Both the position numbers and the translations under genes were made by a program. This document shows, one piece after another, positions 32,783 to 41,195 of a stretch of DNA of 64,000 nt; the stretch's first letter is position 1; every line of letters starts with the position of its first letter. Source of the DNA: an uncultured Planctomycetaceae bacterium (GTDB taxonomy: Bacteria; Planctomycetota; Planctomycetia; Pirellulales; PALSA-1355); NCBI GenBank assembly GCA_963785305.1, contig CAWAUV010000009.1, positions 121,425 through 185,424 on the forward strand, in the 5' to 3' direction. The notes beneath the pieces were generated by a model, which saw only the letters and a list, made by a program, of their open reading frames with translations, did not search any database and was not told the DNA's origin.

Positions 32783-33299
32783 CGGAGTGAATGGCGGTTA
32801 CTCCCGCCCCGGGCCTGCGTAGTGCCCCACGCAAGCCTGAAGCGCCAGCGAAGGAATATGGTGAGCTATCGGCTTAAACGCCGTGCGGACCGTCGCTTGC
32901 GGTTCAGGCTTGTTTTCGACAAACCCGTCAAGACGGGTTTGAGCCCGCACGAGTCGTCTGAAGCGATTTCAAGAGCGCCCCCACATGCCCATGACCACTG
33001 TAGCCGAAATAAGGGCCGATCGGCTTGATCGCGTCGAACGAAAGTACCGTCTCACCGGCCAACTGGTCGGGATCGGCGGCGAAATCGATCGTCACGAATT
33101 GCTGGAGCTCCCCGGATTTTTCGGGCCAACGGAATCACAAGCGTTTGCTCGCCTTTCCTTCACTGCCTAGATAGTCCAGGCAGCGCACCCATAACCGCGT
33201 CGGCGGCGGCGCCAGAAACAGCTTGCCCGCTGGCAAGCAAGCTCTCCAGTTGACCGCCCGCCGAGTCCAACAACCATCCCCAGCGAAATCAATGAGGCC

Positions 33300-33335
33300 T
33301 GACCCCTTAGAATTTGCTGACCCCTTAGAATTTGC
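33300..33335. repeat. Tandem 18-bp direct repeat x2 (TGACCCCTTAGAATTTGC) immediately upstream of the RHS fragment start
   Basis: Two perfect copies. Its 15-nt core is the reverse complement of 36024..36038, which abuts the group II intron 5' end. Confidence 0.7.
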
Positions 33336-35297
33336 GTGAACACGTACGCGTACGACAAACTCAACGAAATGACGCAAGTGTCGCAAGCCGCGGGCACGGC
33401 CACATCGAGCCAAACCGGCGCGAACGCCGTTGCCGCGAAGAAGGTCGATTTCGGCTACGACGCCAACGGCGATCTCACCTCGCTCGCGCGCTACGCCGCT
33501 CCATCGACCAACCCGACCGGCGCGGCCACGCAACTCGTGGCGAACACAAGCTACGGCTACGACAACGCCGAGCGGCTCACGTCGATCGGCAACACGAACG
33601 CCAGCGGCGCCGCGATCGATAATTTTAATTATGCGTACAATCCGCTGAACGAAGTCACGACATTTACTTCGTCGGTGGATGGAACCACGACCTACGGATA
33701 CGACCCCGCCGGCCAGCTCACTTCGGCGGATTATCCATCCTCGGGGTCGATCGCCAGCGAGCAGTTCAGCTACGACGCGAACGGCAACCGCACCAGCGTG
33801 ACGACGACGCCCACGACCGGCTCGGCAACGACCGCGACATCGACCACGGGCGCCGACAACGAGCTCGTCACCGATGGAACGTACGACTATCAATACGACG
33901 CCAACGGCAACATGGTCGAACAAACGACCATCGCCACTGGCGCCTACACAATTTACGCGTACAACAACGCGAATGAAATGACATCGGCCGTCGCGTACTC
34001 CGCCGCCGGCGCTGTTCAAAGCACGACCACGTACCAATACGACGCGCTCGGCCGGTTGATTGCCGAAACGGAAGTCGACTCCACCGGCGCGGCCGTCATC
34101 GATGAGCATCTCGTCTATGACGGCAGCCAAGTCGTCATGCAGTTCAACGGCAGCGGCCAATTGACCGATCGCTATCTCGCAGCCGTCGATCAGGTTCTTG
34201 CGGATGAGCAATACACAACGCCCACTGCGGCGCCCACTTCGCCCGGCAACATTATCTGGCCAATCGACGACGCCCAAGGCACGGATCACGACCTCATCGA
34301 CTCGACCGGCGTCGTGCTCGACCACATCACATACGGCGGCTTCGGCAACATCCAATCCCAAACCAACGCCGCCGGGGTCGATTACCTCTTCGGCTACACC
34401 GGATTCCTGCAAGACCCGGCAACGGGCGCTCGGGAAAGCGAAATCCGCGGTTACTTGCCACAAGATGGCATCTGGAACCAACAAGACCCGATCGGTTTTG
34501 GGGGAGGACAAACGAATCTGAGCGAATATGTCGGAAATGATCCGACCAATGGAATTGATCCGACCGGCACGATCGGCACGCATAACCAGGGTTCCTTCCG
34601 TCCGGGGCCGCCCATCAGGCACCTTGGCGCAGAAATTGGGGGCGAGTACTTGTCACGCGCCGCCGCTGGCGCTTTCGTTTTGCCTCAAATCGTCACGGGC
34701 ATCGATAACTTTTCCGGACATTATCACGACTTCCCGGATGATGGCAGCGTAGAGAATGCGAGCATTCAAGCTCGGCGAGAGTTCTTGGTGAAATATGCGT
34801 TATCGCACAGCGCAAAGCTCGATGGTCAATGGTGGCGTTTAACACTGGATTCTTGGACAAGCACGGAGCCTTACTCAAGTCGATTTAATATTCCGGTGGA
34901 CCGTTCGTTTTCGACACTCAACAACGCATCGTTTTGGCTTGGAGGATACAACGATTTTCAAGGCAAAGGACAATACAGCATTCGAATAACTTGTCGGCCT
35001 GGCACCTCAAAAGGCTACGACGTCTCTGTGGGTAATCTTAATATGAAATGGAGATGGGTAGACGACATTGATGCTCATTCATTTGTTGAAGCATTAAACA
35101 ACGATGAGTTTAAGAACGATGGATGGGTCGCTGCCGGTATCGAAGCGTCCATAGGTGACCTTATCGGCGACAAGCTGCTCAACGGGGATTTCTTAATTCA
35201 TGTCACGTTTTCGCAGACTATTAAGCCAGCAACGAAATATGCGTTTATATTTAATCTTGGCGGAAAACTGAATGTTGCTGCACCTACGTCGCAATGA
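33336..35297 (+). CDS. Orphan RHS/YD-repeat C-terminal fragment with variable C-terminal toxin domain
   Basis: YD repeats (YGYDANGDLTS, YQYDANGNMVEQT, YQYDALGRLIAETEVD). RHS core-end motif YTGFLQDPATGARE...YLPQDGIWNQQDPIGFGGGQTNLSEYVGNDPTNGIDPTG. A ~230-aa C-terminal tail follows with no recognisable motif, and GC drops markedly after about 34560. Starts at GTG with no upstream RHS N-terminal region. Confidence 0.8.
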   Translation: MNTYAYDKLNEMTQVSQAAGTATSSQTGANAVAAKKVDFGYDANGDLTSLARYAAPSTNPTGAATQLVANTSYGYDNAERLTSIGNTNASGAAIDNFNYAYNPLNEVTTFTSSVDGTTTYGYDPAGQLTSADYPSSGSIASEQFSYDANGNRTSVTTTPTTGSATTATSTTGADNELVTDGTYDYQYDANGNMVEQTTIATGAYTIYAYNNANEMTSAVAYSAAGAVQSTTTYQYDALGRLIAETEVDSTGAAVIDEHLVYDGSQVVMQFNGSGQLTDRYLAAVDQVLADEQYTTPTAAPTSPGNIIWPIDDAQGTDHDLIDSTGVVLDHITYGGFGNIQSQTNAAGVDYLFGYTGFLQDPATGARESEIRGYLPQDGIWNQQDPIGFGGGQTNLSEYVGNDPTNGIDPTGTIGTHNQGSFRPGPPIRHLGAEIGGEYLSRAAAGAFVLPQIVTGIDNFSGHYHDFPDDGSVENASIQARREFLVKYALSHSAKLDGQWWRLTLDSWTSTEPYSSRFNIPVDRSFSTLNNASFWLGGYNDFQGKGQYSIRITCRPGTSKGYDVSVGNLNMKWRWVDDIDAHSFVEALNNDEFKNDGWVAAGIEASIGDLIGDKLLNGDFLIHVTFSQTIKPATKYAFIFNLGGKLNVAAPTSQ

Positions 35298-35340
35298 AGC
35301 ATTAGGAATTGGTTAAATAATCCACCGTCCACTGATTGCC

Positions 35341-35778
35341 ATGAATGTACCGCGGACCCGACAAAAACATCGCATTTATTTCGTTGCGATCTTGCTATCG
35401 TTATTAATCGTCGTCGCGCTGAACGATACGAGAATCGTAGAAAAGCGTCGGTTGATTTTGAATCGAGTCTCGTCCGAAGGTGGCGAATATAAGGTTTACA
35501 AAGTAGGGTCTGATGCTTGGGAGCGCATTAGGGGAAGCTACCCGTGGCACCTTTCTTACGTTGGCGGCGAACCGATCGAGGATATTCGCTTAAATGGTGC
35601 CACAACGGACCGAGATGAGTATGAAACGGTTCAACGGATGTTCCCGGAAGCTATCGTCTGGTTTAAGGGATCGGAGCCCGCTTGGCGAGGAACATTTGCG
35701 GTGAGAGATCCTGTCCCTCCCGAAGACCCGTTGTCCCTCCCGAAAACCTCATCGGAGGAGAGTGACGACGCCGAGTAG
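35341..35778 (+). CDS. Putative RHS immunity protein (small, N-terminal TM helix, low GC)
   Basis: Immediately downstream of the RHS toxin tail. AT-rich like the toxin domain. 145 aa with IYFVAILLSLLIVVAL. Confidence 0.4.
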   Translation: MNVPRTRQKHRIYFVAILLSLLIVVALNDTRIVEKRRLILNRVSSEGGEYKVYKVGSDAWERIRGSYPWHLSYVGGEPIEDIRLNGATTDRDEYETVQRMFPEAIVWFKGSEPAWRGTFAVRDPVPPEDPLSLPKTSSEESDDAE

Positions 35779-35789
35779 GGTCGATTTCG

Positions 35790-36023
35790 TGGTTTCGGTT
35801 CGGCGGAGTTCAAGAAGAAAGCAGTGGCGTTGGCGGAAAAACAAGAGCCCGACGACGACCACCACTTACGACGGCGACGGCAATGTTCTTTCGGTGACCG
35901 ATCCCGACGGCAACACGGTCGAATATGTGTATAATGCGCTCGGCCAGCAGACCGAAACCATCGAGCCCAACGCATCGACGTGAGAGGCGGGCGACGGGCC
36001 GACGACGACCTATACCTATGGAG
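35790..36023 (+). pseudogene. Short RHS/YD-repeat gene fragment
   Basis: Encodes YDGDGNVLSVTDPDGNTVEYVYNALGQQTETIEP and, in an adjacent frame, TTTYTYGEF then stop. No start and no core end. Confidence 0.45.
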
Positions 36024-36038
36024 AATTCTAAGGGGTCA
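36024..36038. repeat. Inverted copy (AATTCTAAGGGGTCA) of the 33300..33335 repeat core, 2 nt upstream of the group II intron 5' end
   Basis: Perfect 15-bp reverse complement of TGACCCCTTAGAATT. Followed by GG then GTGCG. Confidence 0.6.
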
Positions 36039-36265
36039 GGGTGCGCCGGCGCGAAGCCGGAGGAGAGTAGCGAATGAAAGAGTCGCACGAGGCAAGGCCT
36101 AGCCAGCCACCTCGGCCTCGAGTGATGCGTCGTGTCGGGCAACTGGCAGGGCGAAGCGTTCACAGAGGCACGGCCGGGCGGTGTATCGAGCTCCGAAAAC
36201 ATTCTTCTGCGGTGGCCGACCTTGTCCTGACCCCGTCGCTCGATACATGCGGGAAGGCAACAGTG

Positions 36266-37903
36266 ATGTCGAACGATCATGGCGAGTCCGACGTCTCCCC
36301 CACGGAGTCTGAGACCACCCGCACGGCCGGAAACTTTTCTCGCGGAAGCCGGGAGATCCCGGGAACATCCGCTTCGCTTGAAGCGGATCGGTCGGAGAAG
36401 GCGCGAGGCCACAAGTCCGACATGCACGTTCCCGGGAAGTCAGACAGTTCCATAGTACCAAAGAAGCAGGCGAACAACGATGGCGTGCCGCTGTCGGCGG
36501 AGCCCGTGGAGGGAAGGGAGCTGACCGAGGAGAACGCCGAGCAGTCGCTACTGGACCGGACACAGCGCCGGGCTCCCAGGTTGCGCGGACTGCTGGGCGT
36601 GCGAGAAGCGGCACAACGCGACAAGAAGATGCGGTTCAACAATCTGCTGAACCATGTCACGCCCGAACTGCTGGTGGCGAGTTTCTTCGACCTGAAGAAG
36701 CAAGCCGCGCCCGGCGTCGATGGCCTGACATGGGCTCAATACGCCACCGATTTCGAAACGCGGATCGACGATCCGCACAGTCGAATCCATCGGGGAGCCT
36801 ATCGAGCCAGGCCGTCCAAGCGAACTTGGATTCCCAAGCTCGACGGCAAGCCGCGGCCCCTCGGGATCGCGGCGCTGGAGGACAAGATCGTCCAGCAAGC
36901 CGTACGGACGATCCTGGAGTGCATCTACGAAGAGGACTTTCTGGGTTTCAGTTACGGCTTTCGTCCTGGACGAAGCTGTCACCGAGCCTTGGACGCGCTC
37001 TACGTGGGCATCAAGAAGCGGAAAGTGAACTGGATTTTGGATGCGGACATCCGCGGCTTCTTCGACAACATCGACCACGCATGGTTGATGAAGTTCCTGG
37101 AGCATCGGATCGCCGACCGACGACTGCTTCGGCTGCTGAAGAAATGGCTTCGAGCCGGAGTGTCGGAAGATGGCGAATGGTCCCCGAGCACCGTGGGAAC
37201 ACCTCAAGGAGCGGTGATTTCGCCGCTCTATTCGAACGTGTTCTTGCACTATGTTCTGGACCTGTGGCTGGTGGCGTGGCGGAAACGCCATGCCGTGGGC
37301 GAGGTCATCATCGTGCGCTATGCGGACGATTTCGTAGTCGGATTCCGCGAGGAGTCCGACGCGCGACGCTGCCTGGCGGCGCTCCGGGAACGCTTCACCA
37401 AATTCGGTTTGGAACCGCACCCGGAGAAGACGCGGCTGATCGAGTTCGGACGCTATGCGGCCGAACGACGATCGAAGCGTGGCGATGGCCCACCGGAGAC
37501 ATTCGACTTCCTGGGCTTCACCCACATCAGTGGCGTGACCCGGAAGGGCGAATTCACCATTCGCCGCATCTCATCGGCCAAGAAGTTTCGTGGCAAACTG
37601 CGCGAACTGAAAGAAGCGCTGCGCGGGAAAATGCACATGGACTTGGCGCAAGTCGGGCCATGGCTATCGAGCGTTTACCGGGGATGGCTCAATTACCATG
37701 CGATTCCCGGCAACTCGGTGCGATTGCAACAATTCCGCACGGCGCTCCAGAAACTCTGGCTCCGCATGCTGCGGCGACGCAGCCAACGCGGACGCCGGAT
37801 GACCTGGCGGAAGTTCTCGCAGCTTTGCAAACGATGGCTTCCCACCCCGAAAATCCTGCATCCTTATCCCGAAGTGCGGTTTGGTCGTTTGTATCCAAGG
37901 TAG
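36266..37903 (+). CDS. Group II intron-encoded reverse transcriptase/maturase (RT domains 0-7 plus X domain, no endonuclease domain)
   Basis: RT motifs RIPKLDGKPRPLGIAALEDKIVQQAV and FGFRPGRSCHRAL. YADD box in VRYADDFVVGF. Maturase X region YRGWLNYHAI. Start chosen at ATG preceded by AAGG; the ORF track starts at 36074. Confidence 0.85.
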   Translation: MSNDHGESDVSPTESETTRTAGNFSRGSREIPGTSASLEADRSEKARGHKSDMHVPGKSDSSIVPKKQANNDGVPLSAEPVEGRELTEENAEQSLLDRTQRRAPRLRGLLGVREAAQRDKKMRFNNLLNHVTPELLVASFFDLKKQAAPGVDGLTWAQYATDFETRIDDPHSRIHRGAYRARPSKRTWIPKLDGKPRPLGIAALEDKIVQQAVRTILECIYEEDFLGFSYGFRPGRSCHRALDALYVGIKKRKVNWILDADIRGFFDNIDHAWLMKFLEHRIADRRLLRLLKKWLRAGVSEDGEWSPSTVGTPQGAVISPLYSNVFLHYVLDLWLVAWRKRHAVGEVIIVRYADDFVVGFREESDARRCLAALRERFTKFGLEPHPEKTRLIEFGRYAAERRSKRGDGPPETFDFLGFTHISGVTRKGEFTIRRISSAKKFRGKLRELKEALRGKMHMDLAQVGPWLSSVYRGWLNYHAIPGNSVRLQQFRTALQKLWLRMLRRRSQRGRRMTWRKFSQLCKRWLPTPKILHPYPEVRFGRLYPR

Positions 37904-37904
37904 G

Positions 37905-37938
37905 AGCCGTATGCGGTAGTTCCGCACGTACGGATCTG
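37905..37938 (+). ncRNA. Group II intron domain V (catalytic hairpin)
   Basis: GAGCCGTATGCGGTAGTTCCGCACGTACGGATCT is a close match to the DV consensus (AGC triad, CGUAUG...CGUACGG pairing, 5-nt loop). Confidence 0.65.
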
Positions 37939-38127
37939 TGCGGGGGGTGGCCCGAAAGGGCCATCCCTACCGCGATACTCATTGTTTGGTATAGGGTCGG
38001 GAGCCGTATCGGGAAAATGCACTTGCGGACGGCCGCGAGGTCGTAGGGTCGAGGTCAGCCGCAGGCGCCTTGCCGTCGCTTCGGTCCAAGTCGGCTCGCC
38101 GAACGGAGACCCTCGCCGCGCCGCGCG

Positions 38128-38151
38128 GCATGCCCACGCTTGCGTGGGCAT
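38128..38151. repeat. Perfect 24-bp palindrome CATGCCCACGCTTGCGTGGGCATG (same family as 51088..51176)
   Basis: Seen directly. Extends to GCATGCC...GGCATGC (26 bp). Lies at the edge of the IS3 remnant, ~150 bp from the intron 3' end. Confidence 0.6.
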
Positions 38152-38179
38152 GCCGTCAATGGTTGGACTCCAGCGTAAA

Positions 38180-38470
38180 CCCGGTCGATTTTGTCCACCC
38201 GGTCCTTCAAGGCGTAAACTCGTTTGAGCACCCGCGGCGAGCTGCCGCGCGCGCTCGCCGCCGGGCCAGCCTTGTCGAGTTGCTCTCGCTTCCAGCGATA
38301 TAGCAAATTCACGCTCGACAGCCCGAGCCGCTCGGCCACGGAGGCCGCCGAATGCCCATCCAGCAGCATTGCTCCGCTTCACTCTTGAAGCCCTCGTCGA
38401 ACGCCCGCCACGACCGCGGCCCCGGCGTCGCCGGGGCAGGCTTGACGGAACGAACTCGTTTCTTGCTCAT
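38180..38470 (-). mobile_element. IS3-family transposase orfA remnant (HTH), frameshifted and truncated; no orfB present
   Basis: MSKKRVRSVKPAPATPGPRSWRAFDEGFKSEAEQ plus (other frame) LLDGHSAASVAERLGLSSVNLLYRWKREQLDKAG shows the typical IS3/IS911 OrfA HTH_Tnp_1 layout. Confidence 0.55.
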
Positions 38471-38612
38471 CCAGGCTCTCCTCTCCTGGACGCCCATTCT
38501 AAGTTGTCCGCCTTGTCCGTCAAATCGTCAGCACCTCAGCCACCAAACCGCTCACACCAAGCCGCTCGCCCGCTGCGGCGTAAAATCGGCTGCCACTTCT
38601 TTCCTTGATTTC

Positions 38613-38954
38613 CTAAATATCCCAGAGTTCCACTTGGCGCCTATTCTGCAAAGCGGCATATGGGCGCGCAGGCGCAAAATTATTTTGCCCCAGAGTATTG
38701 ACTTTGGCCATCCAGGCGATCATTTTGTCGTTGTGTGCGAAATAAAATCTATTGCGTGCAATGGAAAATCGGCCGAAGCCGATCGGTCTCCAACCCAGGG
38801 CAAGCGCATCAAATTCCGCGGAGTATCCGGTCTCGAGCAGACAACGTCGCCCGCCAGCGACGACAAAAGGTGGTACACCGAGGAGTCGGCAATTGTTTTC
38901 TGGCCGGAGGCATTGCGGATTCGAGATAACTGATTCTTCCGTTACCGAAGGCAT
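38613..38954 (-). CDS. Hypothetical protein (113 aa)
   Basis: Only an ORF with moderate codon bias. No recognisable motif. Lies between the IS remnant and the REP-like element. Confidence 0.25.
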   Translation of the reverse strand: MPSVTEESVISNPQCLRPENNCRLLGVPPFVVAGGRRCLLETGYSAEFDALALGWRPIGFGRFSIARNRFYFAHNDKMIAWMAKVNTLGQNNFAPARPYAALQNRRQVELWDI

Positions 38955-39031
38955 TGTTCGACGAAAAATCGCGTTTTGGGCAGAGCATGCTCTCGCCGAC
39001 GCTTCGGGTTGTGATCGGATGGGGTTTGGCC

Positions 39032-39117
39032 TTAAGGGCCTATCCGAGAACGTCCGCGAGCCCTCGCCCTACCCTCTACCCAAAGGGAGCTGGGGGAGTT
39101 GTCGGATAGGCTCTTAA
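39032..39117 (+). repeat. REP/MITE-like ~85-bp imperfect palindromic element, copy A
   Basis: CTTAAGGGCCTATCCGAGAACGTCCGCGAGCCCTCGCCCTACCCTCTACCCAAAGGGAGCTGGGGGAGTTGTCGGATAGGCTCTTAA. Terminal inverted repeats TTAAG(G/A)GCCTATCCGA. Aligns over its length with the reverse complement of 41088..41177. Confidence 0.6.
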
Positions 39118-39332
39118 CCCGAACACGTCGGCAAGGGCTTCCGCGATCCCGCCCAGCACAATACGCCTTGGCGTCGCCCGCGCTTACAAACGGAAGAGCC
39201 AGATCACGTGTGCGCGGATTCACGCTTCAATGCGATTCCGGGCCAAGAGAACGGTAATTGCTCGAGGCTACAATGGATATTTCAAATAAACGATACGATC
39301 AACGAACGATCCGATCAGGGTAATGAAATCAC

Positions 39333-41090
39333 ATGAATCCTAGCCCCAGCATCACGCTCGTCTGTTTCGCCTTTTTCGCGGGAGCGACTCTGGTTCAATC
39401 GGCGGAGCCGCCCAAAGTCGCGGGGCGTCAGACCCGAACCATCGAAGGCTGGTCCGTGCTCATCAGCGACGAATTGTTGGAAAAGGAGAAGGCCGGGACC
39501 GAGCGGGCGTTGGAACTGCTGACTGTTCAGCTTCAAGAGATCGCGCGCGTTGTTCCCGCGGAGGCCGTCGCGGAACTGCGCAATGTGCGGCTCTGGTTTT
39601 CTCCCGAGTATCCGGGCGTGCGACCGATCGCCGAATATCACCCCGACGCCGACTGGTTGCGCGCGAACCACCGCGACCCGGCGATGGCCAAAGGCGTCGA
39701 ATTCACGAACGTGCGAGTGTTCGAGCGTGAAACCAAACGGATGCCGAATTTCGCGTTGCACGAGCTGGCCCACGCCTATCACGACCAGTTCCTCCCGCAA
39801 GGCTTCGACAACGAAAAAATCAAAGCCGCGTTCGAGAAAGCCAAGGCGCGCGGCGGCTACGAACAGGTCGAGCAACGTTTCGGCGACGGTCGCTCGGCCC
39901 AGGTCCGTGCCTATGCCATGACGAATCCGATGGAATACTTCGCCGAATGCAGCGAGGCGTTTTTTTCGACCAACGACTTTTTTCCGTTCACTCGCGAGCA
40001 ACTCGCCCAGCACGACCCGGAAATCCTCGAGCTGCTCGGCAAACTCTGGGCGCGGGCCGCCGACCCGGCGCCGGGGGAAAAATTCGATTCGAATCCCAAA
40101 CACCAGTTGCCGCGGCCAGACGACAAGCCAGCCGACCTGAAGAAGCCGGTGAAGGTGTTCATCCTGTTGGGACAGTCCAACATGCTTGGCATGGGCGAAG
40201 TCGGCCCGGAGTCAACCAAGGGCACGCTGGCCTATCTGACGAAAACCGAAAAACGATATCCCCATCTGATCGATGATTCCGGCAACTGGACCACGCGCGC
40301 CGACGTTCGACACGTCTTCGTGATGCAACTGCGCGGTAACATGCGGATCGAGAAAAACGAATGGCTGACCGTCGGCGGCAAGACGATTGGACCCGAACTG
40401 CAATTCGGCCATGTGATGGGTTATGTCTTGGACGAACCCGTCATTGTGCTCAAGGCGTGCGTCGGCAACCGCAGTCTGGGCTGGGATCTTCTGCCCCCCG
40501 GCAGCGAGCGGTTCACTTTCGAAGGCAAGACCTACGCTGGTTACAAGGACGACACTCCGTCGTGGGTCGAAGGCGAGGAAAAGAAGCCGGTCCCGTGGTA
40601 TGCCGGCAAACAGTACGATGACGATGTGCGCAACGCCAAAACGGTTCTCGGCGAGCTTGGCAAGTATTATCCCGGCGCCGAAACCCATGAGATCGCTGGC
40701 TTTGTCTGGTGGCAGGGGCACAAGGATCAGAATCCGGCCCATGCCAGCCGCTACGAACAAAACCTGGTTCGCCTGATCAAAACGCTGCGAGAAGACTTCC
40801 AGGCGCCACAAGCTCCCTTCGTGCTGGCCACCATTGGGTTTGATGGCTGGAAACTGGCCGGCCCGGGACTGACGATCGCCAATGCCCAACTCGCGGTCGG
40901 CGACCCCAAGAAACACCCGGAGTTCGCGGGCAACGTGAAGTGCGTCGAGTCTCGGAATTTTTGGAGAGAGGTCGATGTGTCTCCGAAGAATCAAGGCTAT
41001 CACTACAACCGCAACGCCGAGACCTACCTCGAGGTTGGCAACTCGCTGGGCTGGGCCATGGCGGAGCTGCTGAAAAAATCGCCGCATTAG
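39333..41090 (+). CDS. Secreted fusion protein: N-terminal zincin-like metallopeptidase domain (HELAHAYH) plus C-terminal sialate-O-acetylesterase (SASA/DUF303) domain
   Basis: Signal peptide. HExxH with a downstream EYFAECSEAFF (third ligand or Glu). SASA signature KVFILLGQSNMLGMG and conserved His/Asp further on. Confidence 0.7.
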   Translation: MNPSPSITLVCFAFFAGATLVQSAEPPKVAGRQTRTIEGWSVLISDELLEKEKAGTERALELLTVQLQEIARVVPAEAVAELRNVRLWFSPEYPGVRPIAEYHPDADWLRANHRDPAMAKGVEFTNVRVFERETKRMPNFALHELAHAYHDQFLPQGFDNEKIKAAFEKAKARGGYEQVEQRFGDGRSAQVRAYAMTNPMEYFAECSEAFFSTNDFFPFTREQLAQHDPEILELLGKLWARAADPAPGEKFDSNPKHQLPRPDDKPADLKKPVKVFILLGQSNMLGMGEVGPESTKGTLAYLTKTEKRYPHLIDDSGNWTTRADVRHVFVMQLRGNMRIEKNEWLTVGGKTIGPELQFGHVMGYVLDEPVIVLKACVGNRSLGWDLLPPGSERFTFEGKTYAGYKDDTPSWVEGEEKKPVPWYAGKQYDDDVRNAKTVLGELGKYYPGAETHEIAGFVWWQGHKDQNPAHASRYEQNLVRLIKTLREDFQAPQAPFVLATIGFDGWKLAGPGLTIANAQLAVGDPKKHPEFAGNVKCVESRNFWREVDVSPKNQGYHYNRNAETYLEVGNSLGWAMAELLKKSPH

Positions 41091-41177
41091 AGCCTAACCG
41101 GCAACTCCCTCCTCTCCTTGTTTGGAAGAGGGGAGGGTGAAGGGCTCACCGAAGTTCTCGGATAGACTCTCAAAACC
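41088..41177 (-). repeat. REP/MITE-like element, copy B (inverted relative to A); begins at the stop codon of the upstream gene
   Basis: TTAGAGCCTAACCGGCAACTCCCTCCTCTCC...GGTGAAGGGCTCACCGAAGTTCTCGGATAG. The TAG inside the element terminus serves as the stop codon of the peptidase-SASA gene. Confidence 0.6.
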
Positions 41178-41195
41178 CGCCAAGGGGGCCCCCGC

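Larger units (their letters stand above)
36041..37985 (+). mobile_element. Group II intron (5' GUGCG, ORF in domain IV, domain V/VI at 3' end). The 3' boundary is approximate.
   Basis: Begins GTGCGCC. Encodes an RT/maturase. A textbook domain V follows directly after the ORF stop. Domain VI-like hairpin GGGTGGCCCGAAAGGGCCATCCC. Confidence 0.75.

Noticed and set aside
33135-34622. 495-aa minus-strand ORF overlapping the RHS fragment
   Set aside because: Antisense shadow of the YD-repeat coding frame (Arg/Gly/Val-rich, no motifs).
36548-37525. 325-aa minus-strand ORF inside the group II intron
   Set aside because: Antisense to the RT/maturase ORF, which has unambiguous RT motifs.
33300-38500. 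Prophage or integrative element spanning the accessory patch
   Set aside because: No integrase, recombinase, or phage structural or replication genes. The content is RHS debris, one group II intron and an IS3 stub only.
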